The notes beneath the pieces were generated by a model that saw only the letters and a list, made by a program, of their open reading frames with translations, was not told the origin of the DNA and ran no database searches. Of a stretch of 10,720 nucleotides of DNA, positions 1-6,581 are shown in pieces (the stretch's first letter is position 1; the number at the start of each line of letters is the position of its first letter). The stretch is from positions 1 through 10,720 of the forward strand of contig JAYENL010000107.1 in NCBI GenBank assembly GCA_034722055.1, in the 5' to 3' direction. Made by a program: the position numbers and the translations under genes. This DNA comes from Armatimonadota bacterium (GTDB lineage Bacteria > Armatimonadota > Zipacnadia > Zipacnadales > UBA5352).

Positions 1-16
1 CTTCGAGGACCTTTCG

Positions 17-41
17 GTGGCACGGACACTCTTGTCCGTGC
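17..41 (+). repeat. REP-like palindrome, GTGG family (copy A)
   Basis: GTG-GCACGGACA-CTCT-TGTCCGTGC: perfect 9-bp stem. Related copies lie on the minus strand at 290-314 and 462-486. Confidence 0.8.
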
Positions 42-238
42 GCCGTTTGCCCAGTCGTGTCGTCGTCATTGTGCGTTGCCCCCACACACAAGGGCGCACG
101 CACCGAGATCGGAGGTCTCCAGTGCGCGTGCCATGCAACGGCACGGAGACTGCGCCGTCGTTCCCCCTCATCCGGAACGGAGAGGGGGATGAGTTTGCCA
201 CGCAAACTCAGCGGGAGAGGCGCCACGGCCAACGGCCC

Positions 239-264
239 GGGCGGGCAAGGAAGCCCGCCCCTCC
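239..264 (-). repeat. REP-like palindrome, GGAG family (left copy 1)
   Basis: Minus strand GGAG-GGGCGGGC-TTCCTT-GCCCGCCC, 8-bp stem. 237-259 is the exact reverse complement of 10297-10319. Confidence 0.8.
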
Positions 265-289
265 TGACGACTGCGCAAGGACTGACGGC

Positions 290-314
290 GCACGCACAGG
301 ACTGTGCGTGCCAC
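290..314 (-). repeat. REP-like palindrome, GTGG family (copy B)
   Basis: Minus strand GTG-GCACGCACA-GTCC-TGTGCGTGC, perfect 9-bp stem. Confidence 0.8.
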
Positions 315-410
315 GCAACGGCACGGAGACTGCGCCCTCCTTCCCCCTCATCCGGAACGGAGAGGGGGATGAGTTTGCCACGCAAACTCAGGGGGAGAGA
401 CCCAACGGCA

Positions 411-436
411 GGGCCGGAACGGAGACCGGCCCCTCC
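411..436 (-). repeat. REP-like palindrome, GGAG family (left copy 2)
   Basis: Minus strand GGAG-GGGCCGG-TCTCCGTT-CCGGCCC, 7-bp stem. The reverse complement of 411-437 matches 10211-10237 at 26 of 27 positions. Confidence 0.8.
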
Positions 437-461
437 AGACGACTGGGCAACGACTGACGAC

Positions 462-486
462 GCAGGCACAGGACTGTGCCTGCCAC
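462..486 (-). repeat. REP-like palindrome, GTGG family (copy C)
   Basis: Minus strand GTG-GCAGGCACA-GTCC-TGTGCCTGC, perfect 9-bp stem with a compensatory change relative to copy B. Confidence 0.8.
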
Positions 487-524
487 GGAACGGCGAATAA
501 CAACTGCCGCGGCCGTTCGCCGTT

Positions 525-552
525 GCTTGCCGCTTGCCGCTTGTCGCTTGTG
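525..552. repeat. Heptamer tandem repeat (GCTTGYS)x4
   Basis: GCTTGCC GCTTGCC GCTTGTC GCTTGTG read directly. Confidence 0.85.
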
Positions 553-554
553 GC

Positions 555-580
555 TGACGGCGCGCACATGCGCGCCGTCA
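555..580 (-). terminator. Perfect 12-bp inverted repeat overlapping the comM stop codon; possible 3' stabiliser or terminator hairpin
   Basis: TGACGGCGCGCA-CA-TGCGCGCCGTCA. The TCA at 578-580 is the comM stop. There is no U-tract on either strand, so it is not a classical intrinsic terminator. Confidence 0.35.
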
Positions 581-2113
581 CCCCCACAGCTTGCGGTCGA
601 GGCTCCGGTACTGCGCCGCCTCCGCGGCGTGGGCCACGCCGATGTCCTCCGCACCCTCCAGGTCCGCGATGGTGCGCGCCAGCTTCACGATGCGGTCGTG
701 GGCGCGCGCCGAGAGCGCGAACTGCTCGATGGCGGTCTTGAGCAGGGCCTCCACCTCCGGCGACAGGGGGCAGAACTCGCGCAGCGCCTGGGGATTCATT
801 TCGGCGTTGTGGTGGAAGGGCGTCCCCGCGAAGCGCTCCTGCTGGCGGCGGCGGCCGGTGACGACACGCTCCCGGATCGACGCCGAGCGCTCGCCCGGCT
901 CCCTCTGCATGACCTCCTCGGGCGTCAGACGCGGCACCTCGATGTGGATGTCGATGCGGTCCAGCAGCGGCCCGGAGATCTGCTTGCGGTAGCGCTGGAT
1001 CATCGCCGGCGTGCAGGTGCACTCTCGCTGCGGATCGGTGTGGAAGCCGCACGGGCAGGGGTTCATGGCCCCCACGAGCTGGAAGCGCGCCGGGAAGGTC
1101 AGCGTGGTCTGGGCGCGGGCGATGGTCACATCGCCATCCTCCAGCGGCTGGCGCATCACCTCCAGCGCGTTGCGCGGGAACTCCGGCAGCTCGTCGAGGA
1201 ACAGCACCCCGTGGTGGGCCAGCGAGACCTCGCCGGGGGACGGGAAGCTGCCGCCGCCGATGAGGCCGGCGGTGGAGACGGTATGGTGCGGATGCCGGAA
1301 GGGCCGGGTCTGGATGAGGGCGTCGCCGGGGCGCATGAGACCCTTCACCGAGTAGAGTTTGGTGACCTCCAGGGCCTCCTCGAGGGTCATGGGCGGGAGG
1401 ATGGAGGGCATGCGCCGGGCCAGCATGGTCTTCCCCGCCCCGGGTGGACCGATCATCAGGCAGTTGTGTCCCCCGGCGGCGGCGATCTCCAGCGCCCGCT
1501 TGACGTGGTCCTGGCCCTTCACATCCGCCATGTCCGCCTCGTAAGGCGGCGTCTCGAGATCGATCTGCTCCTCCCGAACCTGCACCGGCTCGTCGCACAG
1601 GTCGCTTTCCAGCAGCTTCACGCAGTCGTAGAGGGTCTCGGCGGTGAAGACCTCGAAGTCGCTGACCACCGCCGCCTCGTTGCCATTCTCCGGCGGCACC
1701 ACCAGCGCGCGGCGACCGCCCTCCCGGCTCCCCAGCGCCATCGGCAGGGCGCCGGAGATGGGCCTCAGCCGGCCGTCCAGGGACAGCTCGCCGGTCAGTG
1801 CCACCTCGTCGAGGATGTCATCGAGCGCCGCCTGGCCGGTGGCCACGATGAGGCCCAGCGCGATGGGCAGGTCGAAGGCCGGGCCCTCCTTGCGGACGTC
1901 CGCGGGCGCGAGGTTGACGGTGATGCGCTCCTTGGGGAACTCGAACCCCGTGTTGCGGATCGCCGCCTCCACGCGGTCCACGCTCTCCCGGACCGCCGCG
2001 TCCGGCAGGCCCACCACCGTAATATTCTCCTTGCCGAAGGAGACGTCCACCTCGACCTGGACCGGATAGGCGTCAACGCCGAGGATTGCGGCCGAATGAA
2101 TGCGTGCGAGCAT
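578..2113 (-). CDS. comM: YifB/ComM family Mg-chelatase-like AAA+ ATPase (511 aa)
   Basis: Family-typical N-terminus (LGVDAYPVQVEVDV, VVGLPDAAVRES, RITVNLAPADVRKEGPAFDLPIALG, GELSLDG), DVKGQ, Walker A GPPGAGKT, RPFRHPHH, PGEVSLAHHGVLFLDE (Walker B), AMNPCPCG..CTC, SGPLLDRIDI, LSARA..ARTIADL. Start moved from the ORF-track 2245 to ATG at 2113, which has AAGGGGG about 5 nt upstream and matches the family N-terminus MLARIHS. Confidence 0.96.
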   Translation of the reverse strand: MLARIHSAAILGVDAYPVQVEVDVSFGKENITVVGLPDAAVRESVDRVEAAIRNTGFEFPKERITVNLAPADVRKEGPAFDLPIALGLIVATGQAALDDILDEVALTGELSLDGRLRPISGALPMALGSREGGRRALVVPPENGNEAAVVSDFEVFTAETLYDCVKLLESDLCDEPVQVREEQIDLETPPYEADMADVKGQDHVKRALEIAAAGGHNCLMIGPPGAGKTMLARRMPSILPPMTLEEALEVTKLYSVKGLMRPGDALIQTRPFRHPHHTVSTAGLIGGGSFPSPGEVSLAHHGVLFLDELPEFPRNALEVMRQPLEDGDVTIARAQTTLTFPARFQLVGAMNPCPCGFHTDPQRECTCTPAMIQRYRKQISGPLLDRIDIHIEVPRLTPEEVMQREPGERSASIRERVVTGRRRQQERFAGTPFHHNAEMNPQALREFCPLSPEVEALLKTAIEQFALSARAHDRIVKLARTIADLEGAEDIGVAHAAEAAQYRSLDRKLWG

Positions 2114-2219
2114 GGGAGCCCCCTTATCGCCCGGGGTTCTGGTGCAGTAGCTGTCCCGTAGCCCCCAGTTCGCCCGCGGCCGCGACATCCCTTGGCCGCC
2201 CGCCGAGAATCTGAGATTG

Positions 2220-3287
2220 TCAGCCCGCCCCAGTGGCGTCCACACGTTCCACGTCCCAGCGGTCTATGCGGATGATCCCGGCGCTACTGCCCAGGTGTAT
2301 TCGGTTGTGCTCGCCGACGTGGCACGTGTAATCAGCACTCGCCAGGCGTGGGCCCTGCTGGCGGTAGTTCCACGTTCGCTCAAGCGGCCCAAGCTCCCAG
2401 ACCCGGCTGAGGACGACTCTGACCTCGATCACATCGTCCGGCTGTCCAGCTAGGATCACGGGATCCCAGGCTGATGCATCCTGCAGATAAAGGTTGTACG
2501 TGCGGGGAACCGTCGGGACCGCGTAGATCCGCCCCATCCGCGCCTGGCAGGGCTGCCCGGCGATTCTGCCGGCGAACCAACCATCGGGTATCTCATCGAT
2601 CGACGGGAGCGCGGCCGGCTCGGGCTCGGACCGCTCCCGGCGGCCGGTCTGGGGGCCGGAGCCAGCGTCGGAGGGCGGAACCTGCCCGTAGTACGCGGCG
2701 ACGAATCGGCCGGTGACCCAGCTTCTTGTCTGGTCGAGCAGGCAGAGGGTTATGCGGCCGCGGACGACAGCGGCTGGCTCCCCGGGCGCGGGGTTCGGCT
2801 CCGGGAGCCACTCCTCGAGGCGCAGAGCCACCGCCCAGCGCTCGTAATCCAGCCTCACCATGCGCCCATCCCGGGGTACGTGCACGGCCACCGGTTTTCC
2901 GGCGGCCGTGGAGCCATGATCCATGGGCATCACCATGTTGAACCGCCGGCCGTCCGTGAACCGCGTGAAGTCAAAGGACAGGCGGATGGCATCCTCGGAC
3001 TGAGCATCTGAGGAGTCGGGGAACTGCTCGGCGCTCGTGAACTCCAGCCGGAAGCGTCTCTGCGCGAGCTGGCTCATCCGCGCGCTATTGCAGATGAAGC
3101 TCTGACCACCAACCTGGCCCGCCAGGGGCCAGTCGGCGATTCCCTGCAGCGTCGGGGTCCGCGTCCACCGCGACCGGATGCCGCGCTCGACCCCCTGCGC
3201 CCAGCCGCTGGGCGCCAGTCCCAGCACCACCATGGACGCAACTGCCACGCTCGCTGCAACCCTCGCCGTGCTGCGGTGCGTAAACAT
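2220..3287 (-). CDS. Secreted hypothetical protein (~355 aa) with two copies of an uncharacterised beta-rich domain
   Basis: ATG at 3287 preceded by GGGGGTCAGAGGATC. Signal-peptide-like N-terminus MFTHRSTARVAASVAVASMVVLGLAPSGWA|Q. Internal repeat PTLQGIADWPLAGQVGGQ versus PSIDEIPDGWFAGRIAGQ, joined by a Pro/Gly/Glu-rich linker. Fills the gap between two same-strand genes. Confidence 0.75.
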   Translation of the reverse strand: MFTHRSTARVAASVAVASMVVLGLAPSGWAQGVERGIRSRWTRTPTLQGIADWPLAGQVGGQSFICNSARMSQLAQRRFRLEFTSAEQFPDSSDAQSEDAIRLSFDFTRFTDGRRFNMVMPMDHGSTAAGKPVAVHVPRDGRMVRLDYERWAVALRLEEWLPEPNPAPGEPAAVVRGRITLCLLDQTRSWVTGRFVAAYYGQVPPSDAGSGPQTGRRERSEPEPAALPSIDEIPDGWFAGRIAGQPCQARMGRIYAVPTVPRTYNLYLQDASAWDPVILAGQPDDVIEVRVVLSRVWELGPLERTWNYRQQGPRLASADYTCHVGEHNRIHLGSSAGIIRIDRWDVERVDATGAG

Positions 3288-3464
3288 GATCCTCTGACCC
3301 CCATGCGCCGTCGAGATCTGTGCGGTCCCGCTCAGTACCAGTATTGGGTTCCCGGTGCCGAGCACCTTTTCCTTGCGCGTCGCCGATCCCCGTTGAGGTA
3401 GGCCGCCGATCCTCCGTGTCGCTGGGCATCCCGGCGCTACCGTCACAGCGTTGGACCCGCACCC

Positions 3465-5522
3465 TCACAGCGACATCCGCCACTGCGCCTCCGCGCGCTC
3501 ATTGGTCACCACCAGCTCATCGTCTGTCACGGTGACGCTGACGGCGCGATCCGGCGCCTCCAGCCGCAGGCCGCCCTCCGTGCGCTCCCAGGCCCCGATC
3601 TCCTCGTTGGGCCCGAACACCGCGAAGGCCGACAGCAGCCGGCACCGGCGGCCCTCGAGCCGGGCCTCGATGAAGCTCTCGTGGCGCTGCGTAAGCGGAG
3701 CACCGTTGCGCCCGGTATCGAAGGGCGCCTCATAGGCGTGCTCCCCCCGCTCGACGGTGATCTCCTCGCCGTCGAGCCGGATCACGCGCGACACGAGGCG
3801 CACCCCCTCGTTCTCGACCGTGAAGCGGCCCTCCTCATCCGGGTCGCACCGATCCACGGTGTGCCACCGAAGTCGGATCTCCTCCGGCGAGGCAAGCTCC
3901 GCGTCGTCCAGCACCGCCACGACTCCCGGCCGGATGTGCACCACCGTGCGAGAGACAGCCTCGGCGCCCGCATAGAAAAGCGTCAGCTCGATGCGCCAGC
4001 AGCCGCCCAGATTGTCGTCGAACGCGGACAACACGTGTGGGGACTGCTGATCCCGCTCCCCCTGCATCTCGTGGCCGACCAGGTTCAGCACATTATGGCC
4101 CCACGACGAGGCGTTGTAGTACTCCCAGCGGGTGGGTGGACCGTAGTCCGGGGGGTAGTTGGACGGCGAGCCCAGATCGACGATGAGCCGCCGCCCGAAG
4201 CCGTTGATGATCACCTGGCCGGCGTCATGATGCTCGTGGTTCTGCTCGATGCCGGCCTTGGAGTGCACCGTGCAGCGCACGCCCCTGGCGGCCCAGGGCT
4301 CCCAGCCGGTGCGGCTGCTGATCAGCGCGCCGAAGGCTCCGTAGGCCCGGCTGTGGGGCATCTCGCCCTCGGGGGACGTGGGCTCGATCCGGTCGTCGAA
4401 GGTCAGCAGAGCGATCACCGGGTGCTCAAAGCGCCGCACGTCGGCGTTCTGGAGGTAGAACCACTGCAGCACCGGATCCTGCGCGGCCGCCGCCACGGCC
4501 GAGAAGGCCGACGCCGGCGGCGGGGCGCCGGGGTGGGCGTCGCCGAAGGGCACCATGCGACCGGGAGCGACCGTCTGGTACATGATCCAGCGGCAGCCCC
4601 CGATGAAGGGCGCGCAGCTCAGCAGGTTCTCGGTCCCGTCCGAGTGGTAGCGGAGGGCGGCGAAGTACTGCGCTGGCAGCCTCATAGCGCCGGCGTAGCC
4701 CACGGACTCGTTGAAGTCCCCCTCCGGGCCCAGCACGGTCAGGTACCTGCCCATCTGCTCCAGCGAGAACTCCACGAGGCGCTCGCCATCGGGATGATCC
4801 TCCCCCAGGGCCATCCCCGCGATGCCCAGCCCGCCGACGATGCAGGTGGTCCAGTTGTTGGTGCCGCGCGTCCACCCGACGGCCTTGTCCACGCACTCCC
4901 AGAAGGGCCGAATCGCCCGCCGATCGAGCCCCTCCACGATCATGGCGCGCTGCTCGGCGCTCAGCGCGGGATGGAGCCAGTCGTAGGCCAGGCCGATGGC
5001 CATGGCGAGTTGGCCGGTGCGCAGATCGGCGGGGTAGCGAAGGTGCGCCATGTCCCGCCAGTCAGGCCAGCGGTCCTCGTCAAAGACGCACTCGATCTGT
5101 GCCAGCGCGGCGTCCCGGAAGCGCTCATCGCCGGTCACCAGCGCCACCAGCGCCGAGCCCCTGATGCGGCAGGCCGTGGCGTGGACGAGGCGGTACTCCC
5201 GATTCCCCCGCTCCGCCTCCACACCCCCGCGACCGGGGAACACCGACGTGGGCACCAGCGGCTCGTGCCGAAGGTCGGCCTCGGCCTCCTGCAGGATGTG
5301 CTCCCACAGCTCCCGCGCGTGTCCATCTTCGATGGCCTCCCGCAGGTCATCCAGACTGCGCAGGTCGCCGAGGCGCTCGGCCGTGATCAGCAGGTGCGGG
5401 CGCATCATAACGGCCGTCTCGCGTGTCATCGGTGTCCCCGCCTCTCCGTCATCCGCCATCGGGCCCGCCTGTCCCAGCAGGCTCGTCCCCACTGCCGCGG
5501 CCGCCATGAGCTGCCATCGCAT
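3465..5522 (-). CDS. Heparinase II/III-like (DUF4962-type N-terminal alpha-toroid plus C-terminal beta-sandwich) putative polysaccharide lyase, 685 aa
   Basis: Superfamily motifs RPHLL, LAYDWLHPALSAEQR, TNNW, EGDFNESVGY, PFGDA, NHEHHDAG (HxHxD), LIVDLG, HNVL, RWHT. Weak signal peptide MRWQLMAAAAVGTSLLGQA. GC3-rich codons. Substrate cannot be assigned from sequence. Confidence 0.85.
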   Translation of the reverse strand: MRWQLMAAAAVGTSLLGQAGPMADDGEAGTPMTRETAVMMRPHLLITAERLGDLRSLDDLREAIEDGHARELWEHILQEAEADLRHEPLVPTSVFPGRGGVEAERGNREYRLVHATACRIRGSALVALVTGDERFRDAALAQIECVFDEDRWPDWRDMAHLRYPADLRTGQLAMAIGLAYDWLHPALSAEQRAMIVEGLDRRAIRPFWECVDKAVGWTRGTNNWTTCIVGGLGIAGMALGEDHPDGERLVEFSLEQMGRYLTVLGPEGDFNESVGYAGAMRLPAQYFAALRYHSDGTENLLSCAPFIGGCRWIMYQTVAPGRMVPFGDAHPGAPPPASAFSAVAAAAQDPVLQWFYLQNADVRRFEHPVIALLTFDDRIEPTSPEGEMPHSRAYGAFGALISSRTGWEPWAARGVRCTVHSKAGIEQNHEHHDAGQVIINGFGRRLIVDLGSPSNYPPDYGPPTRWEYYNASSWGHNVLNLVGHEMQGERDQQSPHVLSAFDDNLGGCWRIELTLFYAGAEAVSRTVVHIRPGVVAVLDDAELASPEEIRLRWHTVDRCDPDEEGRFTVENEGVRLVSRVIRLDGEEITVERGEHAYEAPFDTGRNGAPLTQRHESFIEARLEGRRCRLLSAFAVFGPNEEIGAWERTEGGLRLEAPDRAVSVTVTDDELVVTNERAEAQWRMSL

Positions 5523-5641
5523 CGTCTGACTCGCAGTCCCTTCCGCCGATACCCCATGTCTCTGCTCCGCTGGACGCGACAGGCGCTCCCGCAGGGCAGC
5601 GCCCGTCCGTCACGTCCAAGCCCCACGACCCGCCGCGGCCG

Positions 5642-6394
5642 TCACCGCAGCATCTCGCGCACAGTCTGCAGGCACCGCTTCACCGCCTCCATCGGTGGCA
5701 CCGGATAGGTCTCCTGCTCCACGATGTACCACTGGGTCCCGGCGGTCGTCTCACATAATGAGAAGATGGTGTCCCAATCCGCGATGCCCTCGCCCACCAG
5801 GACCTCCTCGTTGTCGGGGTCGAAGTCCTTCACGTGCACCGTGATGGAGCGGCCGGGGTACTTCTCGAGGTAGAGAACCGGGTCCTGGCCCGCGCGCAGC
5901 ACGTGCCCGATGTCGAGCTGGCCGAAGACCTCCTCGTCCACGTTGTCCATGAAGACCTCCCACGGGATCTCGCCCTCCAGAGGCCTGAACTCCGCGGCGT
6001 GGTTGTGGTAGCCAAGGTAGAGGCCGTGCTGAGTGACCTTCTCCGCCGCGGCGCTGAACACGTCGGCGGTGCGCTCCCAGGCCTCGACGGACTCCGTGTA
6101 CTCGCCCGGCAGGCCGGGGACCACGATGTAGTCGTTGCCCAGCTTGATCATATCGTCGATGGTGGCCTGGAGCTCGAACTCCTGGATGGCGCCGACCTGC
6201 ATGTGGGCGCCGGCGACCTCCAGCCCCATCTCGTCGCACATGGCGCCCAGCTCGCCGGGATCGCAGTCGAAGAAGCCGGCGAACTCCACGCCATCATAGC
6301 CCATGTCGGCAACCGCCTCGAGGGTGCCGGGCACGTCCTCGGCCATGGCATCGCGGATGGAGTAAAGCTGCAGTGCGACCGGTATCTCTGCCAT
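5642..6394 (-). CDS. Sugar phosphate isomerase/epimerase family protein (xylose isomerase-like / AP-endonuclease-2 TIM barrel), 250 aa
   Basis: Motifs ALQLYSIRD, GYDGVEFAG, YHNHAAEF, QLDIGH, VHVKD, VGEG.ADW, WYIVEQE (metal-binding H/D/H/E set). ATG at 6394 with GGGAGG SD about 7 nt upstream. No signal peptide. Confidence 0.92.
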   Translation of the reverse strand: MAEIPVALQLYSIRDAMAEDVPGTLEAVADMGYDGVEFAGFFDCDPGELGAMCDEMGLEVAGAHMQVGAIQEFELQATIDDMIKLGNDYIVVPGLPGEYTESVEAWERTADVFSAAAEKVTQHGLYLGYHNHAAEFRPLEGEIPWEVFMDNVDEEVFGQLDIGHVLRAGQDPVLYLEKYPGRSITVHVKDFDPDNEEVLVGEGIADWDTIFSLCETTAGTQWYIVEQETYPVPPMEAVKRCLQTVREMLR

Positions 6395-6581
6395 CGCTCT
6401 TCCTCCCAGTCTCGTGCCTCCGCCGCGGCGAACGCGGCTGTCACGGGTGCTCGGCACCCCTTCGCCACGGCGCGCCGGGGACCTTCAGCGCCGCGCGACG
6501 TCGGCTCGGGAGGAGATGGTCTGCCGGCGAGGGAAACATGGCGCACGCGCAGGAAGCCCACATCCGGCGGGGAGACAGGTG

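Larger units (their letters stand above)
126..494. repeat. Tandem composite repeat: unit 1 126-305 (180 bp), unit 2 306-477 (172 bp), partial unit 478-494
   Basis: 126-219 and 306-399 match at 90 of 94 positions, with 161-211 identical to 341-391. The second halves align at an offset of 172-173 with more divergence. Confidence 0.95.

Noticed and set aside
126..494. CRISPR array
   Set aside because: Units are 172-180 bp and homologous along their whole length. There are no unique spacers between 23-47-bp repeats and no cas genes in the window.
17..500. ORFs 17..457 and 57..500 with repeated peptide segments
   Set aside because: They are translations of the palindromic DNA repeats. Conservation is at the hairpin level, the unit lengths (180, 172) do not preserve frame, and there is no SD or protein-like composition.
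2114..2222. Frameshift or stop read-through completing the second repeat of the hypothetical protein or fusing it to comM
   Set aside because: Translations past the TGA in the three minus frames show no match to the missing GRITLC..SWVTGRF segment, and I saw no slippery site or SECIS-like signal.
2114..2245. N-terminal extensions in the ORF track (comM from 2245; also 3446, 6457 and 6414 starts)
   Set aside because: The extensions are Arg/Gly/Pro-rich, several overlap neighbouring ORFs, and they precede better starts with SD sequences and family-typical or signal-peptide N-termini.
3325..3353. Possible ECF sigma promoter (GGAACC on the minus strand) upstream of the hypothetical gene
   Set aside because: No matching -10 element (GTC/CGT-type) at the expected 16-17-nt spacing.
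5582..5603. GC-rich hairpin GGCGCT-CCC-GCA-GGG-C-AGCGCC between the isomerase and lyase genes
   Set aside because: Short, no U-tract and unrelated to the repeat families. It is expected by chance at this GC content.
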